Assembly (NCBI GenBank): GCA_963800295.1
Contig: CAWDAJ010000004.1
Coordinates: forward strand, 60,953-124,952
Length of the DNA stretch: 64,000 bases
From: an uncultured Acidimicrobiaceae bacterium
GTDB lineage: Bacteria > Actinomycetota > Acidimicrobiia > Acidimicrobiales > Salinilacustritrichaceae
Direction: 5' to 3'
Part shown: positions 40,304 to 49,884 of the stretch, piece by piece
Position numbering within the stretch: the stretch's first letter is position 1
Layout: every line of letters starts with the position of its first letter
The notes under the pieces: model-generated
The model's input: only the letters and a program-made list of their open reading frames with translations
Told to the model about the DNA's origin: nothing
Database searches by the model: none
Position numbers and translations under genes: made by a program

Positions 40304-41313
40304 TGTGGGTACTCGACGTCGCCGGCGGAGGTGTCGGGCGGCTCGAACGCCCGGAGCGCGGCGGCGTCGCCTCCCAGCGCCTCGACGATGGTCACGTAGT
40401 CGAACTTCATCAGGCCCAGGTAGCTGTGGTCGGGATCTCCCGGAGCCCCCGGCAGGTCGTCGTCACGCAGATCGGCCACGTACCGCGCCCCGGTCTCCGC
40501 GGCCACCTGCTCGAGCACCGACGACGGGAAGACCTCCGAGCCGAAGATGGCGGGCACGCGCTCCGCTTTGATCTGGTCGATGAGGGCGGCGACGGCCTTG
40601 GGCGAGGGGTCCCCGAAGCTGTTGGGCTGGGCGGCGCCGACGATCTTCCAGCCGTAGGTCCGGGCCCAGTAGCCGTAGGCGTCGTGGTAGGTCACGAGCT
40701 TGCGGTTCTGCTCGGGCACGGTGTCGAGCGCGGTCCGCAGGGCGGTGTCGAAGGCGTCGAGCTGCTGTTCGTACGCCCTGGCGTTGGCGCGGTAGGCGTC
40801 GGCGTGGTCGGGATCGACCTCGGCCATCGTGTCGGCGATGTGCCGGGCGTACTGCGTGGCCAGGGTCGGGTCGGTCCACAGGTGGGGGTTGGGCTTGCCC
40901 TCGTCCTTCGGGAACGAGAAGTCGTACACGTACTGGTCGGGCGACACGATGAGATCGCCGAGCTCGACGATCCGGGCGTCGCCGACCTTGCGGGCCAGGT
41001 TGAGGGTCGGCTCCTCGAGCTGGAGCCCGTTGGCGAGGACGACATCCGCCCGCTCCAGCACCTCGGACGCGCTGGGCGGAGGCTGGAAGGTGTGGGAGTT
41101 GGTGCCCTCGGGAACGATCCCGCGGATCCTGGCCAGGTCGCCGATGACGTTGGCGGCGATGGAGGTGATGGGGCTCACCGTGGTGACCACGAGCGGCCGG
41201 CCGTCGTCGGCGGCGTCGGCGGTACCGCTGCCGCTGCCGCCGCAACCGGCGAGCACCAGGGAGACGGCGAGGCCGGCGACGAGGACAGCCAGGATGCGTC
41301 GGAGGCGGGCCAC
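40300..41313 (-). CDS. Metal ABC transporter substrate-binding lipoprotein (TroA/ZnuA cluster 9)
   Basis: Lipobox LVLAGCGG, NSHTFQPPPS, NPHLWTDP, TYHDAYGYWA. The GTG start at 41313 is preferred over the track ATG at 41349. Confidence 0.85.
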   Translation of the reverse strand: MARLRRILAVLVAGLAVSLVLAGCGGSGSGTADAADDGRPLVVTTVSPITSIAANVIGDLARIRGIVPEGTNSHTFQPPPSASEVLERADVVLANGLQLEEPTLNLARKVGDARIVELGDLIVSPDQYVYDFSFPKDEGKPNPHLWTDPTLATQYARHIADTMAEVDPDHADAYRANARAYEQQLDAFDTALRTALDTVPEQNRKLVTYHDAYGYWARTYGWKIVGAAQPNSFGDPSPKAVAALIDQIKAERVPAIFGSEVFPSSVLEQVAAETGARYVADLRDDDLPGAPGDPDHSYLGLMKFDYVTIVEALGGDAAALRAFEPPDTSAGDVEYPQ

Positions 41314-41414
41314 CTCGGGGAAGCTATCGCCAACGCCTTCCAGTTGCACCCAGCTCGCAACAACGATCGACGTGCACCTGGAACGGGGTCGATCCGTCGC
41401 TACTGTCCTGGGCG

Positions 41415-41864
41415 ATGGGCGGACTGAGCGTGGACGAACTGGTCATGCGCCTGCGCCGGCGAGGCGTGCGGATGACCGCACCCCGGCGAGCGGTGCTGAC
41501 CGTGCTGACCGAGACCGGCTCGCACGTGACCGCCGACGAGATCCACCGGCGCGTGCTCGAACGCCACCCCGACATCAGCGCATCGAGCGTCTACCGCACG
41601 ATGGACCTGCTCGCCGAGCACGGCATCGTCGACCACGTGCACCTCGGTCACGGCCCAGCCGAGTACCACCTGACCGACGAGCGCCACGTGCACCTCGTGT
41701 GCGACGGCTGCGGGGCCGTCGTCGAGCTCGAACCCGAGCTGACGAGGCCCTTCGTCGAACGCATCGGCGACCGGCTGGGCTTCCGGGTCGACCTCGGCCA
41801 CTTCGCGCTCACCGGGTGGTGTCGAGCCTGCCGCCCGCCGCACGGCGAACCGGGCGGCTGCTGA
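41415..41864 (+). CDS. Fur-family metalloregulator (Zur/Mur-like), divergent from the metal ABC operon
   Basis: RMTAPRRAVLTVL (wHTH), SVYRTMDLLAEHGIV, HLVCDGCG and WCRAC (two CxxC pairs). Confidence 0.85.
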   Translation: MGGLSVDELVMRLRRRGVRMTAPRRAVLTVLTETGSHVTADEIHRRVLERHPDISASSVYRTMDLLAEHGIVDHVHLGHGPAEYHLTDERHVHLVCDGCGAVVELEPELTRPFVERIGDRLGFRVDLGHFALTGWCRACRPPHGEPGGC

Positions 41865-41914
41865 GCCGGAGGCGGGATCTGCTGCCACCGCCCGGCAGCA
41901 TGCAGGATGGTCGC

Positions 41915-42139
41915 ATGACCTCGAACGACCCCGATCGCACGGCCACCGAGTGGCTGACCGCGTTCGCCGCCCGCCTCGACACGCAGCCGCCCGACCAGGA
42001 CACCATCGACACGCTCCTGGCGCTGGCCGGCGTGGCGGCCCACGCCTCCGAGCGCGTCGCCGCCCCCATCGCCTGCTGGATGGTCGGTCGGGCCGGCGTC
42101 GATGCCGCCGCCGCCCTCGACGCGGCCCGGGAGGTCTGA
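41915..42139 (+). CDS. Small DUF6457-like protein
   Basis: 74 aa: TEWLTAFAARLDTQPPDQDTIDTLLALAGVAAHASERVAAPIACWMVG. Coupled (TGATG) to the downstream gamma-CA gene. Confidence 0.5.
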   Translation: MTSNDPDRTATEWLTAFAARLDTQPPDQDTIDTLLALAGVAAHASERVAAPIACWMVGRAGVDAAAALDAAREV

Positions 42140-42657
42140 TGCCGATCTACGCACTCGGCGACCTCGAGCCGACCATCGCCGGCGACGCCTACATCCACCC
42201 CGACGCCGTGGTCATCGGCGAGGTCACCATCGGTTCGGAGTCCACCGTGTGGCCCGGCGCCGTCCTGCGGGGTGACACGGGGTCGATCACCATCGGCGCC
42301 CGCACGTCGATCCAGGACGGCTCGGTGGTCCACACGACCGAGCACGCACAGACGCAGGTGGGAGACGACTGCGTGATCGGCCACATCGTGCACCTCGAAG
42401 GATGCGTGATCGAGGACGAGGTTCTCATCGGATCGGGCAGCGTCGTGCTCCACAACGTGATCGTGCGCAGCGGCGCGCTGGTGGGCGCCAACGCGGTGTG
42501 CAGCAACGGGTTCGAGGTGCCCAGCGGGGCCATGGCGCTCGGCGTGCCGGCCAAGCTCCGGCACGACGCGGTCGACATCGCCATGATCCGTCACGGCGCC
42601 GCGTTCTACCGCGAGCGCGGCCATCGCTACCGCCGGGAGCTCCGCCGTCTCGACTGA
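42139..42657 (+). CDS. Gamma-class carbonic anhydrase family / left-handed beta-helix protein
   Basis: MPIYALGDLEPTIAGDAYIHPDAVVIGEVTIG..., hexapeptide repeats, the His triad context VVHTTEH...IGHIVHLEG. Confidence 0.85.
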   Translation: MPIYALGDLEPTIAGDAYIHPDAVVIGEVTIGSESTVWPGAVLRGDTGSITIGARTSIQDGSVVHTTEHAQTQVGDDCVIGHIVHLEGCVIEDEVLIGSGSVVLHNVIVRSGALVGANAVCSNGFEVPSGAMALGVPAKLRHDAVDIAMIRHGAAFYRERGHRYRRELRRLD

Positions 42658-42679
42658 CTGATACCGGTACGAAACGGGT

Positions 42680-44242
42680 ATGTCCGCCGACATGCCGAAC
42701 GACCTGCCCGACGCCCGATCCGTCAGCCGCAACCCATCCCAGCAGCAGCTCCGCGAGTGGACGCTCGACCATCTCGTGCGGGTCCAGGAGACCGAGCACG
42801 GCAACCTCAACTACACCGCGATGGTCACCGCTCGCATGGCGCCGTCCACGTTCTTCGTCTCCGACGAGCCCACCGGCAAGCCGACGATGCCGTGGTCCGA
42901 GTACGAGCGATGGGCCCGTGCGCAGGACGCCTTCATCGCCGACCAGGACATGGTGCTCATCGAGGGCTACATCGGTCCGGACCCCGAGTTCCGCACGGCG
43001 GTGCGGCTGTACATCGAGCGCAAGCAGTCGAACATCCCGGCCATGCAGCAGCAGCTCTACTTCCCCCGCGACGACGCCTGGGACGACGCCTTCGAGCACG
43101 ACGGCTTCACGGTGATCTACACGCCGGGCCTGCTGGCGCCGGGGAAGCCGAACGACCGACTGATCACCGTCGACCTCGACCACTACGTGACGCGGGTCTT
43201 CGGCTCCGACTACTTCGGCGAGTCCAAGATGGGCGGCCTGCGCATGTGGAACCACCTGGTCTACGAGCGCGGCGGGCTGGCCATGCACTCGGGCGCCAAG
43301 GTCTTCCCCGCAGAGCAGACGGCCTCGGGCGAGGAGGAGCTGGCCCTCATCATCGGCCTGTCGGGCACCGGCAAGACCACCACCACCTTCCGCGAGGTGA
43401 AGGGCTCGCTGCCGGTCCAGGACGACTTCATCGGTCTCATGCCCGACGGCACCGTGCACGCCACCGAGAACGGCTGCTTCGCCAAGACCTACGGCCTCGA
43501 TGCCGCCGACGAGCCCACCATCCACGGCGGGGCGATCTCCGCCGATGCCTGGCTCGAGAACACCTACGTCGACCCGGTCACCAAGAAGATCGACTTCTTC
43601 CACGACGGGTACACCCGCAACGGACGCGTCACCTTCGAGTTGGCCGACATCCGGCACCGCCGCCCGGACGACCTGCCCAAGGCCAAGTACCTGTTCATCC
43701 TGAACCGCAACGAGAACATCATGCCCGCCGTCGCCCGGCTCAAGCCCGAACAGGCCGCCCACTACTTCATGCTCGGCGAGACGAAGGGCACCAGCGCCGG
43801 CGGTGCGGCCGAGGCGGGCAAGAACCTGCGGGTGCCCGGCACCAACCCGTTCTGGTTCGAGGACGACGCCTCGCAGGCCAACCGGCTGCTCGAGATCCTC
43901 GAGCAGCACGACCTGCAGGTGTTCCTGCTCAACACCGGGTGCGTCGGTGGCGGCGAGGACGACGACCGGTCCAAGAAGGTCGAGATCGGGCACTCGGCGG
44001 CCGTGCAGGCCGGCATCGTCGACGGCACGATCGAGTGGGAGGCCGATCCCGACTTCGGCTACGACGTCGCCGCGTCCATCCCCGACTTCGACGATCCCGA
44101 GCTGCTGCAACCCCGCCGGCTCTACGAGCGCCAGGGGCGAGCGGACGAGTACCGCCAGCTCGTCGAGCAGCTCGAGGCCGAGCGCTCGGAGTACCTGGCC
44201 GGCTACCCCCGCCTCAAGGACGAGGTGCGCGACGCCGCCTGA
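42680..44242 (+). CDS. pckA: Phosphoenolpyruvate carboxykinase (ATP-dependent type)
   Basis: Kinase-1a motif IIGLSGTGKTTTT, DDFIGL, NGCFAKT, YFMLGETKGTSAGG. At about 520 aa it fits the ATP-type enzyme. Confidence 0.85.
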   Translation: MSADMPNDLPDARSVSRNPSQQQLREWTLDHLVRVQETEHGNLNYTAMVTARMAPSTFFVSDEPTGKPTMPWSEYERWARAQDAFIADQDMVLIEGYIGPDPEFRTAVRLYIERKQSNIPAMQQQLYFPRDDAWDDAFEHDGFTVIYTPGLLAPGKPNDRLITVDLDHYVTRVFGSDYFGESKMGGLRMWNHLVYERGGLAMHSGAKVFPAEQTASGEEELALIIGLSGTGKTTTTFREVKGSLPVQDDFIGLMPDGTVHATENGCFAKTYGLDAADEPTIHGGAISADAWLENTYVDPVTKKIDFFHDGYTRNGRVTFELADIRHRRPDDLPKAKYLFILNRNENIMPAVARLKPEQAAHYFMLGETKGTSAGGAAEAGKNLRVPGTNPFWFEDDASQANRLLEILEQHDLQVFLLNTGCVGGGEDDDRSKKVEIGHSAAVQAGIVDGTIEWEADPDFGYDVAASIPDFDDPELLQPRRLYERQGRADEYRQLVEQLEAERSEYLAGYPRLKDEVRDAA

Positions 44243-44244
44243 CC

Positions 44245-44299
44245 GAACTGGCAGGCGCTGCGTAACGCGTCGGCGTGACGCAGCGGCTGCCAGATCCTC
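44245..44299. repeat. REP-like palindrome, same family as 3596-3717
   Basis: gaactggcaggcgctgcgtaacg / cgtgacgcagcggctgccagatc: the arms are 20/23 complementary and share GAATCTGGCAGC.GCTGCGTAACG with the argJ-hlyIII spacer copies. Again in a convergent spacer. Confidence 0.75.
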
Positions 44300-44309
44300 T
44301 CGAGGTGGC

Positions 44310-44573
44310 TCAGTTGGCGCCGGCGCTGCGGATCCGGCTCATCGCCTCTTTGCAGGCCGGGCACACCGGGTACCGGTCGGGGTCCCGCGTCGGCACCCAC
44401 TTCTTGCCGCACAGCGCCTCGATGGCCTCACCGGTGATGTAGGCGCGGGTCACGTCTTCCTTGCGGCAGATGTGCGCGTAGCGATCGTGATCGCCGTCGC
44501 CGGTGGTGGGGTCGACCGTGGTGTCCGGCGTGATCGTCGGTGTGGGCGACGTAGACGGGTCGGAGGCGGGCAC
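44310..44573 (-). CDS. DUF3039 domain protein
   Basis: DHDRYAHICRKEDVTRAYITGEAIEALCGKKWVPTRDPDRYPVCPACKE. The GTG start at 44573 avoids the 65-nt overlap with the P450 gene implied by the track ATG (44648). Confidence 0.7.
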   Translation of the reverse strand: MPASDPSTSPTPTITPDTTVDPTTGDGDHDRYAHICRKEDVTRAYITGEAIEALCGKKWVPTRDPDRYPVCPACKEAMSRIRSAGAN

Positions 44574-44583
44574 GGGTGCCAGG

Positions 44584-45789
44584 CTACCGGCGATCGAAGG
44601 CAAGCCCGAACGACCGGACGGCGGGGGCGAAGATGTTGGGCTCGACATCGATCTCGTCCTCGATGCGCAGGTTGGTCCACTCGCGGGTGAGCTTGCCGAA
44701 CAGGATCTCGAGCTCGCGGCGGGCGAAGTTGGCTCCGAGGCAGAAATGGGTGCCGTAGCCGAAGGCGACGTGCGGGTTGGGGCTGCGGGTGACGTCGAAG
44801 GTGAAGGGATCGTCGAACACCGTCTCGTCGCGGTTGGCGGATGGGTAGATCAGCGCCACCCGGTCGCCGGCGGCCAGCTGCTTGCCGGCCAGCTCGGTGT
44901 CCTTGGTGACCTTGCGGAACATGTTGTTCAGCGGCGTCACCCAGCGGATGACCTCGTCGACGGCGGTGGGGATGAGCTCGGGCTGGTCGTGCAGCAGCTC
45001 CCACTGGTCGTTGTGATCGCAGAAGGTGCGCAGGCCATGGGCGATGGCGGTGCGGGTGGTTTCGGCACCGCCGGCAACGAACAGACCGGTCTCGTGGAAG
45101 ACCGTCTCGAGGTCGAGCTGCTCGCCGTCGATCTCGGCGTGGGACCACTTCGACAGCAGCCCGTCGCTCATCGGGCAGCCACGCAGCTCGGGCACCTTGG
45201 TCATCACCATCTGGTACAGCTCCTGGGTGACCTCCATGAGGCCCATCATCACGTCGTTGTCGTAGGCCATGGAGTCGATGCGCATGAGCCGCTCGGACCA
45301 GCCCTTGACCTTGCGCCAGTTCTCCTCCGGCAACCCGAGGAGGTTGCAGGTGAAGCGAGCCGGGAGCTGGCCGGCGATGGCGTCGACCACCTCGCAGCGG
45401 CCCTCGGGCGTGACCGGGTCGACCAGGCCGTCGATCATGTCCTCGAACCGGGCGGACTGCTCGCGCACCGCCTTGGGTGTGAAGCCCCGGTTGACCAGCC
45501 GGCGCTGCTGGAGGTGCCGCGGGTCGTCGTTGGCGATCATGTTCGACTCGGTCGGCGTCTCGTTCAACCGGTAGGCGCGGTAGGACGAGAAGATCTCCGG
45601 GTTCCGCTCGACGTACTGCACGTCGGCGTGCCGCGTGATCGCCCAGAAGCCGTTCTTCTCGTCGCGGTGCACCGGATCGTTGACACGGGCCCAACGCCAC
45701 GCCTCGTGCTGGCGGGTCCGCCAGAACTCGCGGTCGAGGAAGTCGATGGCAGGAGCGTCGGTCACCGCCCCATCCTGCCAAGTTGGCAA
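44584..45789 (-). CDS. Cytochrome P450
   Basis: I-helix AGGETT, EXXR (DEVIRW), and the heme loop FGYGTHFCLGANFARRE. Confidence 0.92.
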   Translation of the reverse strand: MPTWQDGAVTDAPAIDFLDREFWRTRQHEAWRWARVNDPVHRDEKNGFWAITRHADVQYVERNPEIFSSYRAYRLNETPTESNMIANDDPRHLQQRRLVNRGFTPKAVREQSARFEDMIDGLVDPVTPEGRCEVVDAIAGQLPARFTCNLLGLPEENWRKVKGWSERLMRIDSMAYDNDVMMGLMEVTQELYQMVMTKVPELRGCPMSDGLLSKWSHAEIDGEQLDLETVFHETGLFVAGGAETTRTAIAHGLRTFCDHNDQWELLHDQPELIPTAVDEVIRWVTPLNNMFRKVTKDTELAGKQLAAGDRVALIYPSANRDETVFDDPFTFDVTRSPNPHVAFGYGTHFCLGANFARRELEILFGKLTREWTNLRIEDEIDVEPNIFAPAVRSFGLAFDRR

Positions 45790-45807
45790 CAGGCGTAGCA
45801 GGAACGC

Positions 45808-46122
45808 TCAGGTGATCTGCTGCAGGCCGACGAGCACGGCCATCCCCACGACCAGGGTCAGGGCGATGTTGCGGGTCCGCCAGCTCACGGCTGCAGCCAC
45901 CACGCCGGCCAGCAGCTCGGGCTGCCAGAGGTCGAACGTGCCCTGCGGGCGGACCAGAGCCGGGACGACCAAGGCGGCGAGCACGGCGGGCGGGATCTGG
46001 CGCAGGACGCGCGTGACCATGGGCGGCAGGTCGACCAGGCGGTGGGCGAACGCGAGGAACGACGCCCGGATGGCGTACGTACCGGCACCGGCCAGGACGA
46101 TGGCGGTCCAGGTGCCGCTCAC
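45808..46122 (-). CDS. azlD: AzlD-family protein (second copy in window)
   Basis: VSGTWTAIVLAGAGTYAIRASFLAF..., a 104-aa hydrophobic protein. Its GTGA start overlaps the azlC stop. Confidence 0.75.
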   Translation of the reverse strand: MSGTWTAIVLAGAGTYAIRASFLAFAHRLVDLPPMVTRVLRQIPPAVLAALVVPALVRPQGTFDLWQPELLAGVVAAAVSWRTRNIALTLVVGMAVLVGLQQIT

Positions 46123-46832
46123 CGGGTGCCTCCGGTGCGCCGGTCGCGCAGGACCTCGGCGAGCGTGCCGGCGACGATCCCGCAGACACCGCCGAGGACG
46201 ATGGCCAGGCGGGCCTGTCCGAGCTCGGCGGCCACGACCGCGCCGGCCCCACCGACCGCGGCGGCCACCACCGCCGGCCAGTGCGCGAGCACGGGCACGA
46301 GCAGCACGAGGAACACCAGGGGGACGGCGAACTCGAGCGGGATGTCGTCGGGGACCGCCGAGCCGGCGACCGCCCCGATCACCGTGGTGAGCTGCCACGA
46401 GAGCCACAGGGTGAGGCCGATCCCGAAGAAGTAGGGCATCCGGCTCCGCCGGTCGTCGGTGCCGTCCCAGCGGACGATCGAGAGCGCGTAGACCTGATCG
46501 ACCAGGAAGTAGCTGGCCCGCAGGCGGCGGCCGACGGGTTCGTCGCCGAGGGCGGGCGCCAGCGACGCCGAGTACAACGCCATGCGCAGGTTGATGGTGA
46601 GCGCGGTGACCACCGCGACCGCGACCCCGCCGCCGTCGCCGAGGACGTCGGTGACGGCGAGCTGGCTGGCGCCGGCGAAGATGGCGACCGACATGCCCAC
46701 GGCGTGGGCCAGACTCAGGCCCGCGGCCACCGGCGCCGCGCCGGCGACCAGGCCGAAGGGCATGACGCCGATCAGCATCGGAGCGACGTCGCGGGCGCCG
46801 GTCAGCATCGCCTGCCGGCGCGAACCGCTCAC
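46119..46832 (-). CDS. azlC: AzlC-family branched-chain amino acid exporter subunit (second copy)
   Basis: GARDVAPMLIGVMPFGLVAGA, AIFAGASQLA, LTINLRMALYSASL, YFLVDQVYA. Its GTGA start overlaps the upstream MFS stop. Confidence 0.8.
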   Translation of the reverse strand: MSGSRRQAMLTGARDVAPMLIGVMPFGLVAGAAPVAAGLSLAHAVGMSVAIFAGASQLAVTDVLGDGGGVAVAVVTALTINLRMALYSASLAPALGDEPVGRRLRASYFLVDQVYALSIVRWDGTDDRRSRMPYFFGIGLTLWLSWQLTTVIGAVAGSAVPDDIPLEFAVPLVFLVLLVPVLAHWPAVVAAAVGGAGAVVAAELGQARLAIVLGGVCGIVAGTLAEVLRDRRTGGTR

Positions 46833-48208
46833 CGCTTCGGCGGACGGCGCTTGAACACCGACTTCGTCGGCAGCAGGCGGCGGCGCCGGCGCAGCTCGCC
46901 CAGGTCGACGCCCGACACCTCGGAGCCGAGGTCCTCGAGCACGGCAACGGTGGACGAGGTGGCCACCGGCGTGTAGTGGGCTCGCCGCTCCTCGCTGACC
47001 GCCGGCCGCACGGCCAGACGGCAACAGACCAGGAAGGCGAAGGCGAACGACACCACTGCGAGCAGCACGAACAGACCCTCGGGGCCCATGGCGCCGACCG
47101 CTGACGAGGCCAGGAACGGGCCGGCGGCGGCGGCCATGCCGTTCACCATGATGATGCGGGCACCGGTGGCCGTGATGGCGCTGGGCGCCAGGTAGTCGGC
47201 GACGTGAGCGAAGGACAGCCCGTACAGCGAGAAGGAACCGGCACCGACGAGCACGCCGGCCCCGAGTGCCACCGGGAAGCTCGACTCGATGGTGGCCAGG
47301 ACACCGAGCCCGGAACCGGCCAGGATGAGCAGTCCGGCGGCACCCATGACGTACCTGCGGTCGGTGCGGTCGGACCAACGACCGAGGGGGATCTGACCGA
47401 CGATGGCGCCGACCAGAAGGGAGACGACGAACTGGGACGCTCCGCTGACGCCGAAGCCGGCACGGGTGGCGTACACCGCACCGAAGCCGACGGCGGCGCC
47501 GACCGAGAAACCGGAGGTGGCCGCACCGGTGACGCCGAGCGGCGCTGAACGCAGCACGTCCTTGAGCGATCGGGGTTCGTACCACTGCGGTGCCGGCGCT
47601 TCGTTCGGTGCCAGCGCCACCGGGACGGCGGCGAGGGAGACCAGCACCGAACCGAGCACGAACAGCACGAACCCGGCAGCGTCAGCCGCGTTGAGCAACA
47701 GCGTCCCGCCGGCCAGGCCGACGGTCACCACGGTGTTGTAGACGGCGAGCAGGCTGCCGCGGGTGCTCGACGTGGCCACGTCGTTGATCCACGACTCGGT
47801 GGTGATGAACAGCCCCGACACACACAGCCCGGTGAGGAAGCGCAGGAGCATCCACGGCAGCGGGAAGATCCAGACGCCGTGCACGACCACGGCCGCCGAG
47901 GCGATCGAGGTCAGTGCGGTGAACACCCGGATGTGCCCCACGCTGCGGATGAGACCCGGGACCCACATCGACCCCGCCACGTAACCGAGGTAGTAGAGGC
48001 CGAGCACCGAACCGGTGACGGTGGCGTTGAACCGAGCGAGGTCGGCGCGGACACCGAGCAGCGAGCCCTGCAGGCCGCTGCCCATCATCAACAGGAGGAC
48101 GGACGCGAGCAGGGGCCAGGCGCGCGCCACGACCTTGACCACATCCGGTCCTTGCGTCGTGGTGGCGTCTGCCGTCGAGACGTCGAGCACCGAGTCGGTT
48201 GCCACCAA
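46829..48208 (-). CDS. MFS transporter
   Basis: 459 aa, 12 predicted TM helices, an MFS loop 2-3 like motif (GRWSDRTDRR), and a basic C-terminal tail. Confidence 0.8.
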   Translation of the reverse strand: MVATDSVLDVSTADATTTQGPDVVKVVARAWPLLASVLLLMMGSGLQGSLLGVRADLARFNATVTGSVLGLYYLGYVAGSMWVPGLIRSVGHIRVFTALTSIASAAVVVHGVWIFPLPWMLLRFLTGLCVSGLFITTESWINDVATSSTRGSLLAVYNTVVTVGLAGGTLLLNAADAAGFVLFVLGSVLVSLAAVPVALAPNEAPAPQWYEPRSLKDVLRSAPLGVTGAATSGFSVGAAVGFGAVYATRAGFGVSGASQFVVSLLVGAIVGQIPLGRWSDRTDRRYVMGAAGLLILAGSGLGVLATIESSFPVALGAGVLVGAGSFSLYGLSFAHVADYLAPSAITATGARIIMVNGMAAAAGPFLASSAVGAMGPEGLFVLLAVVSFAFAFLVCCRLAVRPAVSEERRAHYTPVATSSTVAVLEDLGSEVSGVDLGELRRRRRLLPTKSVFKRRPPKR

Positions 48209-48259
48209 GGGTCCACTCTGCAGGAAGCGGCCCCGTCCGACAACTCGATAGCGGCGACC

Positions 48260-49030
48260 TCAGCGAGCCGAGGCCAGGCGTTCCAACAGCGGGATGGCGG
48301 CGATCTTGTCCGCGGTGAGCTGGTCCCAGTGGATGCGGGGCGTCGGCCGGTCGGGCCGGCGTTCAGCTCGGCAGTCGATGACCCGTTCGGGGGTGACGAT
48401 CAGGTCGAGACGGAAGTCGTGGTCGGTCACGGGGATGTCGCCGGCGGGGACCACCTGCAGCTCGTGGACGGTGGTGACCACCACCGTGTCGGGACCGAGC
48501 AGTCCGGCTTCCCACGCCAGCGCGTACTCCAGGTCGGAGAAGCCGCCGCCCTTGCCGAGCCGGGCACCGGTCTCGTCGACGGCGACGCAGCCGGTCACGA
48601 CCAGGTCGACCGGTTCGAGCTCGTCCACCTGGACGGTGCGGGCGTTGCGAGACGCACCGGCGATCGACGACGCCTTCCGGGGGGTCTCGGACAGGTCGTC
48701 GGGGTCGAGGAGGAAGAACGGGTCGTTTTCGGCCAGGCGGGGCACCGCCATGTAGACGACCTTGCCGTCCAAGAGCGCGCGCTGGCGCACCGGCCACTGG
48801 GGCGAGTCGGGGTTGGACTTGACCGTGCTCGCTGCCTGCCACTCGTCGAGGGCGCGCAGCCGTTCGGCGGCGTCCTCGGCCCCCACGAAGTTCGGGATGC
48901 GACCGGTCGGTGCCGGGAACCGGCCGACGCCGGCGGCCACGATGCGGTCCCACGTCGCTTCGCGCAGCGCCCGCTTGGCGCCGAGCGTGGCGGCATCGCC
49001 ACCGGCGTCGTGGTCGTGACGGCGAGCCAC
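48260..49030 (-). CDS. 5-formyltetrahydrofolate cyclo-ligase family protein
   Basis: LGAKRALREATW, VAVDETGARLGKGGGFSDLEYA, VTTVHELQVV. The GTG start at 49030 lies right after the tesB stop. The Arg-rich N-terminal extension in the track ORF is rejected. Confidence 0.7.
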   Translation of the reverse strand: MARRHDHDAGGDAATLGAKRALREATWDRIVAAGVGRFPAPTGRIPNFVGAEDAAERLRALDEWQAASTVKSNPDSPQWPVRQRALLDGKVVYMAVPRLAENDPFFLLDPDDLSETPRKASSIAGASRNARTVQVDELEPVDLVVTGCVAVDETGARLGKGGGFSDLEYALAWEAGLLGPDTVVVTTVHELQVVPAGDIPVTDHDFRLDLIVTPERVIDCRAERRPDRPTPRIHWDQLTADKIAAIPLLERLASAR

Positions 49031-49032
49031 GG

Positions 49033-49848
49033 TCAGCGCCGGCCGGCGTCGCGGGCGAGGATCTCCTGGGCGACCGTGGCCACCCGGCGGCCGGCGCCGT
49101 CGAGGATGCGGCCCGACGTGAGCACCCGATCGTCGCGGTGGGTCACCGCCTCGATGTCGTAGAGCAGCCAGTCGTCGAAGCGCGGCGGGCGGTGGAACCA
49201 GATGGCGTGGTCGAGGCTGGCCCGGAACAGCGTGTTGAACAGGCCGGCGCCGCCACCGTCGACCACCCGCCGGGCGGCGCCGAACGGTCCGTGGTCGGTG
49301 GCGTAGGCGATGCCGGCGGCGTGCATGCGCGGGTCGGGCAGCTCGCAGTCGGCTCGGATCCACAGCCGCCGGTTGACGCCGAGCGGCTGGTCGTAGCTGG
49401 CGTCGCGGGTCTGCATGACTCGGGGCCGAGCGAACCCGGTGGCGGGGAGGTGCTCGGGGCCGGGGATGCCCGCCGGCGCCGGCGGCTCGTAGTCACCGCC
49501 GGGTCCGCCGACGTGGAACGACGCCGAGAGCACGAGGATGGCGCCGTCGGCCTGGCGTGCCGTGACACGGCGGAAGGTGAACGACCGACCGTCGCGGAGC
49601 CGCTCGACGATGAAGGCGATCGGCGTGGCCACGTCTCCGCCGCGGAGGAAGTAGGCGTGCAACGAGTGGACGTGGTGCTCCTCGGGCACGGTGCGGGTCG
49701 CCGCCATCAGGGCCTGTCCCACGACCTGACCGCCGAAGACCCGGGCGCGCTGCTCGGCCGGGCTGTGACCGACGAAGCGGTCAGGGTCGGTCTGATCGGC
49801 GTCGAGCGTGAGGATCTCGGCGAGGGTCGGCGACGGAGCGTCGGGCAC
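49033..49848 (-). CDS. tesB: Acyl-CoA thioesterase II
   Basis: RVFGGQVVGQALMAA, HSLHAYFLRGGD, VERLRDGRSFTFRRV, LDHAIWFH; the double hot-dog TesB pattern. Confidence 0.85.
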   Translation of the reverse strand: MPDAPSPTLAEILTLDADQTDPDRFVGHSPAEQRARVFGGQVVGQALMAATRTVPEEHHVHSLHAYFLRGGDVATPIAFIVERLRDGRSFTFRRVTARQADGAILVLSASFHVGGPGGDYEPPAPAGIPGPEHLPATGFARPRVMQTRDASYDQPLGVNRRLWIRADCELPDPRMHAAGIAYATDHGPFGAARRVVDGGGAGLFNTLFRASLDHAIWFHRPPRFDDWLLYDIEAVTHRDDRVLTSGRILDGAGRRVATVAQEILARDAGRR

Positions 49849-49884
49849 CCGCCGATGGTGCCACCCCGGTTACCGTCGGCACCC

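Noticed and set aside
41314-41414. Possible Zur/Fur operator in the znuA / Fur-family divergent spacer
   Set aside because: I found only a weak, widely spaced inverted repeat (CAGTTGCAC ... GTGCACCTG) and a GTTGC-N9-GCAAC. There is no AT-rich Fur/Zur-type box, so this is not strong enough to call.
42680-44242. ATP-type PEPCK in an actinobacterial-looking genome as a possible horizontal acquisition
   Set aside because: Many Actinobacteria use the GTP-type enzyme. But composition and context here look native, and I cannot establish the taxon, so the observation is not actionable without a phylogeny.
44574-44648. N-terminal extension of the DUF3039 ORF (track start 44648)
   Set aside because: It would overlap the 3' end of the P450 gene by 65 nt and is Ser/Pro-rich. 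A GTG at 44573 gives a normal-length DUF3039 protein.
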